A DNA stretch of 64,000 nt from an uncultured Chthonomonadaceae bacterium (GTDB taxonomy: Bacteria; Armatimonadota; Chthonomonadetes; Chthonomonadales; Chthonomonadaceae): positions 64,001 through 128,000 of the forward strand of contig CAWIEK010000016.1 in assembly GCA_963835065.1 (NCBI GenBank), written 5' to 3'. The notes below the pieces were generated by a model. That model saw only the letters and a program-made list of their open reading frames with translations. It was not told the DNA's origin and did not search any database. Positions 32,109-43,612 of the stretch are shown piece after piece; position 1 is the stretch's first letter, and each line of letters starts with the position of its first letter. Made by a program: the position numbers and the translations under genes.

Positions 32109-35100
32109 TCACCCGGAAATGTTTACAGATAGGGAGGAACCCTCCTGTTCGGATAGCGCTTTATCATTCGGCAAAATACTACAAGTTTGCCGAAGCGGAC
32201 GGATGCCGCGCTCGAATAAGGCGGGCGTGACGTAGCGCGTATGGTAGATTTGCCAGTCTTCGGCATGGCGGCAATAGACCGGATCGTCTTCCAGATTTCC
32301 CGGCGGCGTGTCATAATCGGGCAGGTCGTGGGCGGGAAGCGGCAGCACGGTTTTGCTGAAGGTCGTGTTGATGTTGCCGTCCTTGACCCAACCGTCGCCT
32401 ATCAGGACAAAATCGCGCGTCCAGCCGTCGCGGGGCGGGGGAAGCGCGGCAAAGGTCAGGCGCATCTCGTCACCCGCGTTCATAATCACGTACCGGTCGT
32501 CTACGGTTTGCAGCAGTTCGCGCACATCGCCGAAGCGCGTGTGAAAGCCCGTCAGGTCGCGCCAGGGTTGCCCCTGTCGTTCTACGGGTTCATAGGCGCA
32601 TGGAAGTTCCGGGGAACTGGCGTCGGCAGCCTCAATTTTGGAAAAGCCGCGATATTGCAAATCCGCCGTTAATGCGGGCAGGCGCGTGGTTTCGGTTTCC
32701 ACATCCGGTAGCTCCAGCGCCCATTGCAGCGCGTCCCAATACACTTCCAGATTGGTGCACAGTCGCAAACGCCGGGGCGCATCCGCTTGAAAACATCATC
32801 AATGCGTAATACGATGGTCTTTAGTTTCCCTTCCGGGAAGCCTAAATCCTGCTTGCGCGTTACCCAATTTCCGTCCGCGTCCTGCGTTTCGATGGAAAGG
32901 CCGACCGGAACCGGATGATTACCCTGTGACAAGGCGACATTGATGCTGCTGTTTGTCGGCATCACCCACCCATGCGCGATCAGGTACAGCGTTCCTTCAC
33001 GGGGAACTTCGTCTCCAAATTCCAGTTCTACCCAGTGGTCGCGGGTCACGCCCCGATACGCGCCGGGAGGGAAATTGCACACATGCCTGCCATCGCGTTC
33101 GCGTACAATGTCGGTCACATCATTGCCGTCATCGTCCCACGCCCGCGTCACCGGCAGGGGCGGCGTGGTCACATACACGCGCAGGGGCGGAGCCGGAACC
33201 GCAAACCGCTCATCACAAAAAATGTCTGTGCCAACCGGATGGTCTACCGCCATCAGCGACAAATGATCAAAGAAATGCGTTTCCCACAATTCGGCGGTAA
33301 TACGCAAGTCATAGATCAGAGGGAACAGGGAACAGGAAACAGGGAACAGGGAAGAATGTTGCGTACTGTTCCCTGTTTCCTGTTCCCTGTTCCCTACTCG
33401 TGGTACAAGCTGCTCCCCCCGTATCTTGACCCAATCTTCCGTCATTTGGATGCCCGCTGTCTCCTGCGCGTTGATTTTCAGGCCCAGGGGCGAGCGCCAG
33501 ATGCAGTCGGTGACGAACTCCATCTCCTCGCCGTTCCAGGTGAACAGGAAGGGACAGGAGTTGTTGAGGCGGTGGTTGAGGCTGAGAATGGCATTGGCTT
33601 TCAATTCAAATTCGCCACGAACGTCGCCGTTGGGCCACAGGATGCGAACCGCGTCCAGGTTGGGATACGCGCCCAGGCCGAAATGAACGGAAGGACTTGT
33701 AATCAGTTGTTTCTGGTAGATCAAGCCGGCGCGGGCTTCCAATTCGCCGCCGATGCCGAAACTGTTGATGCGCTTGTTAAGTTCCGCCGCGATTTTACCG
33801 GCGCGATGCTGAGAAGCGAAGACTTCCTTTATTTCGTCGGCGCGGGGGCGCAGGGTTTGCCAGAAATAGTTTTGCGTTCCCTTGTTGGTCAGGATGACAG
33901 CCTGCCCCTGCGCGTTGACGCCGAGCAGATCGAGCCGTCCATTCCCGTCCACATCCGCAACCGCGCCAATACCGGCGGGGATAGGGGAGGGGAGGGGCGT
34001 AAACGAGCGGCCATCGCCCATCCACACCTGCGCAATTGTGGGCGAGGAAGCGATCAGATCGGGAGCGCCGTTATTGTCCACATCGGCCACGAACAGGGCC
34101 GCTCTGCCGGGTGTTAGATCGTGGGGCGGATTGCTCCATGCGGCCAGGGGCGCGATTTCCCACTGGCCGCTGTTCTTAGGGTCGCCGCTCCGCTTGTCGG
34201 ACAGGCGTACAAGGCTGCCGTCCTGCCGCAGCAGCAGGAAATCCAGCCTGCCGTCGTGGTCGGGATCGCCAACAGCAAGCGCGGCCACCGTTCCGACTTC
34301 GGACGGAAGTTTTCTTTCCGTGAACTTGCCCCAACGCTCGTTCCTGAAAATGCGCAATTTGCCCTTATCATCCACAAGGGCGGCATCGGGAGCGCCGTCG
34401 CCGTTCACGTCCGCCCACGCGAACGCGCGCAGATTGTGAACGGTGGAAAACAGTTCCACGGGCTTGAACGTGCCGTCGCCATTGCAGCGTAAAATCAGGG
34501 GCGGGCCGGATACGCGGGCGAGCAGTATATCCAAATCGCCGTCCCCGTCATAATCCAATCCCCACGCGCCGCTATACGCGCCATTCAGTACAACGGCAGG
34601 CAGTTTCATTTGCGCGGTAGCGTCCGTAAACTTGCCATCTGCGCCCTGCGTGTAGTAGCGCATGCCGCCCGCGCCCGCCATAAAAATGTCGGAGCGCAAA
34701 TCATAGTTAAAATCCAGCGCGAGTACGCCATTCGAGCCTGGAGCAATCGAAATCGCGCCCCCGGTAATCGAAATCGCGCTGCCGGGAAACGGCAGCGTAA
34801 CCCCCGCATACGCCGGAGCCTCAATATGCAATGCCCGCCCATCCGCCCACATCGGAAACGGAGCCATCAGGGTCGTCGGCGTACCTTCGTTGGACAGCCA
34901 TAAAGCGCCTGTGTAGATTGAGGGTTGAGGGTTGAGGGTTGAGGGATCTCACTTGTGGATTGTGTCTCCTTTTCTCCTTTTCTCCTTTTCTCCTTTTCTT
35001 CTGTTCCCTGTTGCTCCGCGAACGTGACCGTCATATCCGGGGGAGCGGGGGTGTCGGCGATGTTGGGGAGGACGAGAAACTGTTCCAGGGGCGTACCGAC

Positions 35101-35940
35101 GACAGCGTTTCCATTTTTGTCCTCTGGGGGCGTCAGAAGGGCGTGGCTTTGGCGATATGCGGAATCCTGCTTCAGCACATTGGTGAGATACTGCGCGGTG
35201 ATGGCGGCGCGTTGCACTTTGCCGCTTTGCGCGGCGGCTTTCATTTGGACAAGATAATCTTTCGCCTGAGCAGACCAGGCGCTGCTAAACGATTTTAAAC
35301 TGGTAAGTGCGGCGGTAAATACGGCAACATTGTTCTGCTTGGCGGCCATGCGGGCGGTTTGCAGCAGGGCTTCGATGTTATCCGGGTGATCGTGGACAAT
35401 GGCCTGCATGGTTGCCAGCGCGCCGGGGTCGTCCTGCGCTTTTTCCTGCTGCAAGGACAGCGCGTACCGATTGAGCAAATCTTCGGGATTGAGGCTAACC
35501 GCCGTTTTGAGATGCGTGGCCGCGCCCGCCACATCGCCCTTGCTGTCGGCGACAAGGGCCAGCATAGACTCGATAGAAGCGCGGGCGGCAGGCGGCGTAT
35601 TGGGCGGCAGCAGGGAGTTGGCCTTGTCCAGATCAGTGGCGGCTTCGTCATTCTGCCCCGCGCGCAAGTGCAGCAGTCCCAGATTGGCCCAAATCGCCGG
35701 TTCCTGCGGCGCAAGCCGGACGGCTTCGTTCAGTTTGTCCAGCGCGCGCGGGTCGGTGGTTTGCAGCGCAATCGTGCCGACGGTGAAAACAGACGCGATC
35801 TGCGCCGGAGTCGCGGCGGGCGGCGGCTGCGAGGCAGGGCGCGGGCAGCCGGCAAGCCCCAGCGCGGTGGCAAGGCTAATGCCCGCAATGGCAGCGCGGG
35901 CTGCAAATATACGCGAATAGGGTGATAGTCGTGGTGGCAT
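32109..35940 (-). CDS. Large lipoprotein: TPR + FG-GAP + ASPIC-UnbV domains, apparent frameshifts near 34895 and 32785
   Basis: LAGC lipobox and TPRs (ORF 34867-35991); DYDGDGDLD repeats, VHFGLG, SCPFLFTWNG (32669-34867); DGWVKDG...PLP tail (32109-32768). Confidence 0.85.
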
Positions 35941-36107
35941 GTCAGGACAATTATACATTGTTTTGCCGTTTCCGACAAGAGGCAAGAGCAAGAGGAAGTG
36001 ATGAGTGATGAATCAGAATCCCATTCATCACTCATCACTCATCACTCATCATTTTCCTACCCCTCCATAGATTGATTTCTGCTTGAAAAGTATGTTATAC
36101 TGCTCGC

Positions 36108-36881
36108 ATGACTGAGGAGAATTCGCGCGGCAGAGCCGTATTGTATCCTTTTGGGCTGGCAATCGTGTTGCTGGTGGTGTGGCATACGCTTTCGGGAAGC
36201 GGCAGGCTGCCGCAAACGATTTTCCCCACGCCGTTTCAAGTGTGGCAGGGGTTTGTGGCGCAGTGCCGCAATGGGCTTTTGTTTGAAGACATTACCACGT
36301 CGCTGTTTCGCGTTGCGATGGGGTTTGTGCTGGCCGTTACGCTTGGCGTCCCGCTCGGCCTGCTGATGGGAAACGTTGTCGGCGCGCGTCTGACCCTGCT
36401 GCCGTATGTCAACTTTTTCCGCAGCATTTCGGCTATTGCCTGGCTGGGATTTGCCATTGCCTGGTTTCCTCTTGGCGACCCGGCGACCATTTTCCTGATT
36501 TTCCAATCCGCGTTCTGGCCGCTGGCGTTGGGAACTCTGGCGGCGGCATCCGGCGTTCCCTCCATTTATTACCGCGTCGCCCGCGATTACGGGTTTACGC
36601 CCTTCCAGAAGGTGACGCGCATTACCTTTCCCGCCATTCTGCCGCAACTCCTTTCCAACCTGCGCATTACGATGGGATTGGTATGGACAGTAATAGTTCC
36701 CGCTGAAATGGTGGCCGGGCGAAGCGGGCTTGGCTTCCGCATACAGGATGACCGCAACGGCCTGCGCGTGGATTTGCTCGTGGTTCACATGATTGTCATT
36801 GGCATTATCGGCGTGATTTTGGATCGCCTGCTGGTACGCCTGACGCGCCTGCCGAACGTGAGGTGGGGCTATGAGCGCTAA
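36108..36881 (+). CDS. Nitrate/sulfonate/taurine ABC transporter permease
   Basis: [31 protein letters not shown] (SsuC/TauC-like). Confidence 0.9.
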   Translation: MTEENSRGRAVLYPFGLAIVLLVVWHTLSGSGRLPQTIFPTPFQVWQGFVAQCRNGLLFEDITTSLFRVAMGFVLAVTLGVPLGLLMGNVVGARLTLLPYVNFFRSISAIAWLGFAIAWFPLGDPATIFLIFQSAFWPLALGTLAAASGVPSIYYRVARDYGFTPFQKVTRITFPAILPQLLSNLRITMGLVWTVIVPAEMVAGRSGLGFRIQDDRNGLRVDLLVVHMIVIGIIGVILDRLLVRLTRLPNVRWGYER

Positions 36882-37702
36882 GGCATTGCGCGTAGAACAG
36901 GTATCCCGCGTTTTCGGCAAACTGTCCGTGCTGGAAGACATCTCCCTGACCGTCGCGCCCGGCGAGTTCGTGGCTCTCGTCGGTCCGTCCGGCTGCGGCA
37001 AAACCACGCTGCTCAACCTGCTGTCGGGCTACGACCTGCCCTCTTCCGGCAAAATCGAACGCCCGCCCAACGTCCGCATGGTCTACCAACAGGACGGCCT
37101 TCTCCCCTGGCTGACCGTGCGGCAGAATGTGGAGCTAGGGGAGGGGGAAGAAAAGAAGAAGAGAAGAAGAGAAGAAGAGAAGACGGAGAAGCAGGGAACA
37201 GAAAGAAATGCTGAACGCGGAATGATGAATGATGAATACAATGCAGCATCCCATTCATCACTCATCACTCATCACTCATCATTATCTGTCCCCCCAACAC
37301 CCAACACCCTCCTTTCCCTTGTCGGCCTGGAGGAGTTTGCGGACTCGTATCCGTATCAGCTTTCGGGGGGGATGCGGCAGCGGGCGGAACTGGCGCGGGC
37401 ATTGGGCGGGTGATACCGACCTGCTGCTGCTGGACGAGCCGTTTTCCGCGCTGGATTACCTGAACCGGCTGCGCCTGCGGCATGAACTCGCCCTGATTTT
37501 GCAGCAGCGTCCTACCCAAACCGTTCTGGTGACGCACGATATTGAGGAAGCCTGCCAACTCGCGGATCGCGTGTTGGTGTTGTCCGCGCGCCCCGCCCGT
37601 ATCCAATGTGAAATACCGATTGGATTGCCCCGCCCGCGCCCGCCTCTGCATCCTTTAGTAGTGGAGGCCAATCAGCGCGTGTTGGTGGAAATGGGGTTGT
37701 GA
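36871..37702 (+). CDS. Nitrate/sulfonate ABC transporter ATP-binding protein, apparent frameshift near 37405
   Basis: [21 protein letters not shown], then [11 protein letters not shown] and VTHDIEEA in the next frame; carries a repeat-derived in-frame insertion. Confidence 0.9.
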
Positions 37703-37704
37703 AG

Positions 37705-37817
37705 ATATGAGATATAGAGATAAGAGATAAGAGGCACAGGCTTGTCAAGACGCCAGCCATTCGCACTAGCGCAACTCTTATCTCTTATATCTTATCTCTT
37801 GTATCTCTATATCTATC
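37705..37817. repeat. (AGATATG/AGATAAG)n ... (CTTATCT/TATCTCT)n inverted heptamer element
   Basis: Inverted degenerate heptamer arrays between the ABC ATPase and the tnpB-like gene. Confidence 0.8.
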
Positions 37818-38325
37818 ATGAAACAAGTAATCGTGCTGAAATTAGAACCGACAGCGGCGCAGCAGCAGTCGTTATTGACGACGATGCAGGCGTTCAATCA
37901 GGGCTGTCAGTATGTGGGCGAACTGGCCTTTGCGCATCGGCTCGCCAACAAAATCGCGCTTCAGCCGATGGTGTACCACGAACTGCGCGACCGTTTTGGA
38001 CTGTCTTCGCAAATGGCCGTGCGGGCGATCAGCAGCGCGTGTGAAGCGTACAAGACGGATCGAGACGCCGCGCCGCAGTTCGATGCCTATGCGCCCATGA
38101 TTCTGGATGCCCGCCTGCTGTCCATCAAAGGCTTGACGGATGTATCGCTGTTGTGTTTGACCGGGACGGCAATTGATTCCCTTTCGATTTGTGCGCTATG
38201 CGCCTGCCCGCCCGGATCGTATCGCGGGGCAGGCGGATTTAGAGGCTGTGGAAGGCGCGTTTTATCTGTACGTGCATATTGATTTGCCGTCCGCGCCGCC
38301 GGTAAGCGATGCGGAAATTATATAG
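37818..38325 (+). CDS. tnpB: N-terminal half of TnpB-like (IS200/IS605/IS607) protein, lacking RuvC; apparent frameshift near 38163
   Basis: LKLEPT..Q...L..TM.AFN..C, YHELRDRFGLSSQMAVRAI, and after the shift GQADL...GAFYLYVHIDLP, then a stop at 38323-38325 before any GVDxG motif. Confidence 0.75.
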
Positions 38326-38336
38326 AAGGAAAAAAT

Positions 38337-39708
38337 ATGCGAATCAAGAAGAGGCTGTCAGCGCTGCTGCTGTGCGGACTTTGCATCGGCGTGACGCGGG
38401 CACAGGGGCAATCCGCGTTGAAGACAACAGAAGCCGATGCGAACCGCGTGGCTGCCGATGTTCAGGCGGAGGCGATTTGGGACGGGCGCAAGATGGTTCC
38501 ATTTCACGCGCTGGACAATCCCAAAATGGTGAAAGCGGAACAGGCCGACTTTCTGGACGATGGCGAGTACGTGCTTGCCATGACCATCAATGGCGAAGCG
38601 AGGGCGTATCCCACGCGCTTTGTCTGGTGGCATCATTTCGTCAACGACCATACGGACAAAACCGGGCTGGACTATCCCGCGTTTGTCGTGACCTATTGCA
38701 GCGTGTGCAATACGGGCGTTCGCTTCGATCCCCGCGTGGACGGGAAGCCGCTCCTGTTCGACTTCTATGGCCTGTACAACGGCGTGGCCGTGATGAGTGA
38801 CCGCGATACGGGAAGCGTGTGGACGATTGTGGAAGGCCGGGCGATAAAGGGCGCTCGCGCCAATCAGCGTATGAAGACGGCTCCTTTACTCGATACGACA
38901 TGGGGCGAGTGGAAGCGCCTGCACCCGGATACTCTCGTGATGTCGCCGGACAACGAGTACAAGCGCTGTTTATCGCGGCAAAGACAAGCCGGAGCCGCGC
39001 GACTACGATCAGTTTCCCGCGCCCTTTTTCGAGCCGACCCTGACGCGCCGCGACAAGCGCCTGCCTCCCTTTGAAAAAGTGCTGGCGGTTCGACTGGCGC
39101 AGACGGAACCAACAACGGATCAGAAACCGGTTCCGAACGGGGATGCCGCCGCTAAAGACACTGCCAACAAAGATACGGACGCTGCCGACAAGAACGCGGG
39201 CGTGAAGGATACCAGTGGCAAAGATGCCAATGCCGCCGGTAAGGATGCCCTTGCCAAAGATGCCGGCGACAAGAACCAGTCGGCGCAGTCCACAGCCCCG
39301 CCGGAAAAATGGCTAACTCGCGCCTATCCCATTGCCGCGCTGAAAGCCGCCAAAAGCGTTGTCAACGATATGCTGGGAAACACGCCCGTTGCCGTCTTTC
39401 TGGAACCCAATTCCACAACCGCAAACGCGGTATCAAGAGTTTTGGACGGCAAAACGCTGACGTTCGAGTCCCGCGAAGAAAACGGCAAAACATTTATCGT
39501 GGATAAAGAAACGGGAACGCGCTGGAGCATCGAAGGGGTGGGGGAAACCGGCCCACTCGCCGGCAAGTCCCTGCCGCGCCTCGACTGCCACCTCAGCCAG
39601 TGGTACGGCTGGGCCGCCTACTATCCTGACACCACCATCTTCGGGCGTACCGACCCGCCGCAAACGGAGAAGGCAGGAAGACAGAAGACAGAAGGAAATG
39701 ATGAGTGA
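38337..39708 (+). CDS. Secreted DUF3179 domain protein, apparent frameshift near 38970
   Basis: NGEARAYP, HHFVND, VTYCSVCNTG, GLYNG...DRDTGSVW, TWGEWKRLHPDT; C-terminal WYGWAAYYPDT. Confidence 0.85.
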
Positions 39709-39795
39709 TGAGTGATGAATGATGAACAGAATCCTCATTCATCACTCATCACTCATCACTCATCATTATCTGTTCCCCCAACACCCATCACCCAT
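39675..39795. repeat. (ATGAGTG/ATGAATG)n ... (CATCACT)n inverted heptamer element
   Basis: Supplies the stop of the DUF3179 gene (…KTEGNDE*). The right half closely matches 37253-37305. Confidence 0.88.
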
Positions 39796-39810
39796 TTATG
39801 GAGCCGCCGC

Positions 39811-40110
39811 ATGTCCGACGAACTCGCCATTCTTAACCAGCAGATGGCTATCAGCAACCAGCAGACTATTCTTGCCAACCAGCAGACCATTTTCGCCACC
39901 CAGCAGAACATCATCGGGACGCTGGAACAAATCCAGTCTACGCAGGCGACCCTGGAAGTGGTGCTGTCCAATCAGGATCGCATCATTACCAACCAGGAGC
40001 GCATCGTTGCCAATCAGGAAACGATTCAGGCCAATCAGGAGCATATCCTGTCCAACCAGGAGAAGTTGCTGGAAGGCCAGGAGCAACTGCTGGCAGGCAA
40101 AGGAACATAA
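39811..40110 (+). CDS. Small heptad-repeat coiled-coil protein
   Basis: Repeated I-x-x-N-Q heptads; GGAG upstream of the ATG. Confidence 0.75.
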   Translation: MSDELAILNQQMAISNQQTILANQQTIFATQQNIIGTLEQIQSTQATLEVVLSNQDRIITNQERIVANQETIQANQEHILSNQEKLLEGQEQLLAGKGT

Positions 40111-40150
40111 CCGTTCCGAATGATTCGGAAATGGGGAGAGGAGAAGACCT

Positions 40151-40801
40151 ATGCCGGAGATTTCCTTCCTTGCAGGAGAAAACACTCGAACAGGCTATCT
40201 CGCGGTGCCCGAAGGGGGCAGCGGAGCGGGCGTTCTGATGCTGCACGCCTGGTGGGGGCTGACGCCCTTCTTTACACAGGTCTGCGACCGCATGGCGGAA
40301 GCAGGCTTTGTCGCTTTCGCGCCGGACTTGCATCACGGCAAAACCGCCGCCACCATAGAAGAAGCAAAGCAGATTCTTGCCCGGAGCGACTCTCAATCCG
40401 TTCATGCGACCGCTCTGGCCGCCCTTGACTTCCTGCGCCGGCATCCCACTGTGAGCAGCAGCCGGTTGGGAGCCATTGGGTTTTCCATGGGAGCCGCTTT
40501 TGCTTTAGATCTCCACTCCGATGTTCCCGATGCCTTTGCCGCAGTCGTCCTGTTTTACGGACTGCCGGATGCCGATCTCACCCACCTCCCGACACCCGTT
40601 TTAGGACATTTCGGCGAAGAGGATGAATGGGAACCGATAGAGCAGGTAAAGCAAATACAGGGCGACAACGTGACCATCCACCTCTACTCCGGGGCAGGGC
40701 ATTGGTTTTTTGAAGAGGATCGCCCGGAACACTTCCGCCCGGAAGCCGCTGCGCTTGCCTGGGAGCGCACCCTGTCTTTTCTTCACGCGAAGGTGAGTTA
40801 A
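40151..40801 (+). CDS. Dienelactone hydrolase family protein
   Basis: HAWWGL, GFVAFAPDL, GFSMG nucleophile motif, YSGAGHWF. Confidence 0.93.
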   Translation: MPEISFLAGENTRTGYLAVPEGGSGAGVLMLHAWWGLTPFFTQVCDRMAEAGFVAFAPDLHHGKTAATIEEAKQILARSDSQSVHATALAALDFLRRHPTVSSSRLGAIGFSMGAAFALDLHSDVPDAFAAVVLFYGLPDADLTHLPTPVLGHFGEEDEWEPIEQVKQIQGDNVTIHLYSGAGHWFFEEDRPEHFRPEAAALAWERTLSFLHAKVS

Positions 40802-40817
40802 TCTTCGGCTGAAAGCG

Positions 40818-40927
40818 TCTCCCAACAGGCGCAGCATTTGCGTCTTGCGGATGCGGCAATCTTCCTACAGAGTTGCGTCCGCAGGATGCTTGTACTTTCC
40901 TGCCGGGTACTTTCAGTACCCGGCCAA
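40818..40927. repeat. CGTC-type palindromic repeat element, copy 1 (copy 2 at ~48963-49100)
   Basis: TCTCCCAACAGGCGCAGCATTTGCGTCTTGCGGAYGCGGC...GTTGCGTCCGCAGGAYGC plus a GCCGGG..CCCGGC hairpin. Confidence 0.85.
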
Positions 40928-40962
40928 TTGGAATTTAAGTGGCATGGACAGGCTCCTACGAG

Positions 40963-41316
40963 TTATGTTTGTCCCGTATAAAACCGCAGGATGGCGGCGC
41001 GTATCATTTCCGGGTCGGCCAGTACTGGCTTTATGGTGCAGCGGCTGGCGAGACGAACCTCATCCATTGCTGCTGTGTCACCGGGGTCGGCTACTGCGAG
41101 CCAAAGTATGGTGGCCTGGCGGCGCAGAGGCAGCACGTTATGGCGGGCGGCGATGTCATGTGGAATGCTCGCCAACGCCGCCGCTTCCGGCTTGAACTTG
41201 GTCAGATTGGCAAAGGGAACACCTAATTCCTTCGCCTTTTCCTCATAATAGGCTGTACCATATTCCTCGCGCGCGCGTTTCAGAAAATTGTCGTAGTTGT
41301 TGTCTTCATCGTCCAT
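40963..41316 (-). CDS. Stand-alone GspE/PilB N-terminal (T2SSE_N) domain protein
   Basis: LGVPFANL...IPHDIAARHNVLPL...LWLAVADPGD...IRAAILRFY. Confidence 0.8.
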   Translation of the reverse strand: MDDEDNNYDNFLKRAREEYGTAYYEEKAKELGVPFANLTKFKPEAAALASIPHDIAARHNVLPLRRQATILWLAVADPGDTAAMDEVRLASRCTIKPVLADPEMIRAAILRFYTGQT

Positions 41317-41380
41317 GATATGGCCTCCGCGCCGCCCGCTTCCACGCCGTTTTTTGCCGACACTTCAGACTAACTACCGA

Positions 41381-43519
41381 TTACGCGCCGAAAAAGTTGT
41401 AGGTGGGCGTGTTGAAAATCAGGCCGAACAACGCCCATACGCTGCCCATGACGCAATCGCCCAGGATCAAGCCTAAAAAGAACGGCAGAAACCACTTGTA
41501 CAGGCGCAGTCCACCGTAGCGCATGGTGACGCCCTTGACAACCCACGCAATCAACAGGGGCAGCCACACCAGATGAATCGCCCACGAGGACGCAAGCGCG
41601 TATCCAATGGGATGGAACGGAAAGCCGTAAAAGCGCACGCGCATGGCGAACAGTCCTAATGTGGTTGCCAGGCCGACGCCCATTGCCGCAGCCGCGCCGG
41701 TGTTAGGACGGCTGTCCAGAGTTCCGCCGGTCCAGCTTGCGGTTCGGGTAAACGCCTGCTGCGCGTGTCCGAACCCCTGCGCGAACTTGGCCGAAGTTCC
41801 CAGCGCGTACGCCTGATGCTCGAACGCCCAAAACGCGCTGAAACTTCCAATCACGGTTGCCAGCATAATCGCCACAAGCATCCGGCGCGAGTTCATGCGC
41901 TTTAGATGCGCCATTTGCAGAGCTTCCAGATCAACGGGCATCGTATCGCTGCGATGGGCGCGCGTCAGCGCGAAACTGAACGTAAAGAACGCCAAATCCG
42001 GCTGCCGAAAACTGTTTGCCGACAGCAGGCGCGGCAGCATGGCATCCGGCCCCATAAAGTGAAAATCGTGCAGGGGAGCGCCCAATTCCGCCCGGATGCG
42101 CGTAATCACCGTGATGGTAGGCAGGTAAATGGCAAAAAACAAACACGCCACCCACCACGCCACCTGCGCCGCCAAACAAAACGCCACCAGCCCCAAAAGC
42201 CCTCCGAACAACCCCAGCAGCGCGGCGCGATCCGTAAGGGCTTCAGTTGATAGTTGATAGTTGATAGTTGATAGATGGCTGTCTTCTGTCTTCTCTTCTT
42301 CTCTTCTCCTTTTCTCCTTTTCTTCCCCTCTCCATGCCCTGCGCCAGATCGCCGCATACGTGCGCCTGCCCGTGTACAGGTAGAAGGCGAACAGGCCCAA
42401 AATACTGCCGAAACCCTGCTCCTTGATATACGGAAAATCGGGTGTGGCGTCCCAGGCCATTGCGCTGGAAATGACCACCTGCGCCTTCCAGAACAGGAAG
42501 AAGAACCAGCAGGAAAACAGCAGGTCGAGCGGCAGCAGGTAGCCTAATCCAATGACGAGCGGGTAGAACGTGACGGGGAACCAGTCAATCGCGCTCCAGG
42601 GCTTGGCGGTGAACAGCGGTTTCAAGTCGGTCACGCCCAGGGGAAGCATGGGCAGGGAGGGGTACAGGTACGCCAAACCGTTCCACAGGCTGAGAAGGGC
42701 GGAAATGGCAAACCCGGCCCACATCAGGCGATTGGCAAAGAAGGCAGGTTCGCGTGGAGTGTTTGCGGCGTTCGATGCGAGCGCGTTCGATGCGAGCGCG
42801 TTAGAAGCGGGCGAGTTGGAAGCGGGCGCGTTGGAAGAGGATGATTTGGAAGCGGGAAGAGTAGGGGAGGAATGGAACGCGGGTGGTGGATCGGTCATTT
42901 GCAGGGGAAGCCAGATGATGGGAAACGTGAGGCGCTCCTGATCCGCCCATTGACGCCGCACCAGAACGTTGATGCAGTTAGCCGTCCACAACAGCAGCGT
43001 GAGAAACCCCGTCCACGCCAGCATGGGAACGATCCAGGCGCGCAGAACAGCGGCCTGATAGAACGTGGAATTGCCCAAATAATGCCCGCGCAGAATGTCC
43101 CGATCCCGCACTACAAGCCAGCCGGGAAAAGCGTCGAGAAAATCCGTCCAATGGTTTGTTTTGCCGAACCACGCGCCATGCGGAATAATCTGGCTGAGAA
43201 TGCCCGCGCCGTCCAGCCCCGCCAATCCCGTCGAAATGGCAAGCATGGTATAAACAGTGAGAAGTTCGGCCTGTACCAACGCCCATTTCGGCGCGACCTT
43301 GCGGCAAATGGCGTTCAATCCGATAAGCACGAACAGCGCGAAAACTACGTTTGCGAACAACGAAAGGGTGGATGGATACGGCCCGAACATCACGCGCTCC
43401 TGCCGCACCATCCAAAACGCATTGAACGGAATCATTACCGCGCCAAGCAAAACGGCGCGAAACGTGATTTGCCCGCTTGAGTGTTCTGCTACATTTTCTA
43501 ATGAAGATGTTGCCGTCAA
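41381..43519 (-). CDS. Polytopic membrane protein, DUF6785/DUF6784-like (putative peptide transporter)
   Basis: RRQWADQERLTFPI, IGLGYLLP, TRIRAELG, PFHPIGY, RYGG.RLY...PFFLGLILG. Confidence 0.75.
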   Translation of the reverse strand: MTATSSLENVAEHSSGQITFRAVLLGAVMIPFNAFWMVRQERVMFGPYPSTLSLFANVVFALFVLIGLNAICRKVAPKWALVQAELLTVYTMLAISTGLAGLDGAGILSQIIPHGAWFGKTNHWTDFLDAFPGWLVVRDRDILRGHYLGNSTFYQAAVLRAWIVPMLAWTGFLTLLLWTANCINVLVRRQWADQERLTFPIIWLPLQMTDPPPAFHSSPTLPASKSSSSNAPASNSPASNALASNALASNAANTPREPAFFANRLMWAGFAISALLSLWNGLAYLYPSLPMLPLGVTDLKPLFTAKPWSAIDWFPVTFYPLVIGLGYLLPLDLLFSCWFFFLFWKAQVVISSAMAWDATPDFPYIKEQGFGSILGLFAFYLYTGRRTYAAIWRRAWRGEEKEKRRREEEKTEDSHLSTINYQLSTEALTDRAALLGLFGGLLGLVAFCLAAQVAWWVACLFFAIYLPTITVITRIRAELGAPLHDFHFMGPDAMLPRLLSANSFRQPDLAFFTFSFALTRAHRSDTMPVDLEALQMAHLKRMNSRRMLVAIMLATVIGSFSAFWAFEHQAYALGTSAKFAQGFGHAQQAFTRTASWTGGTLDSRPNTGAAAAMGVGLATTLGLFAMRVRFYGFPFHPIGYALASSWAIHLVWLPLLIAWVVKGVTMRYGGLRLYKWFLPFFLGLILGDCVMGSVWALFGLIFNTPTYNFFGA

Positions 43520-43612
43520 TTGCTTCCGCCTTGTGGATTAACCGGCGCGAGTGTGTAACGTTGAGGTGATAGCAACGCGCTGACAAGTATCTTAACCCTC
43601 AACCCTCAACAA

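Noticed and set aside
38337..39708. DUF3179 gene as a second selenoprotein
   Set aside because: The redox motif is CSVC with Cys codons, and the ORF break is a frameshift rather than an in-frame TGA.
40963..41316. c-di-GMP-binding MshEN receptor
   Set aside because: The RLGxxL motif is absent; only the adjoining T2SSE_N subdomain is recognisable.
42760..42850. 15 bp ASNAL/ASNAP repeats as part of the heptamer element family
   Set aside because: The period is a multiple of three and the motif is not seen elsewhere; it is ordinary slippage in a loop.
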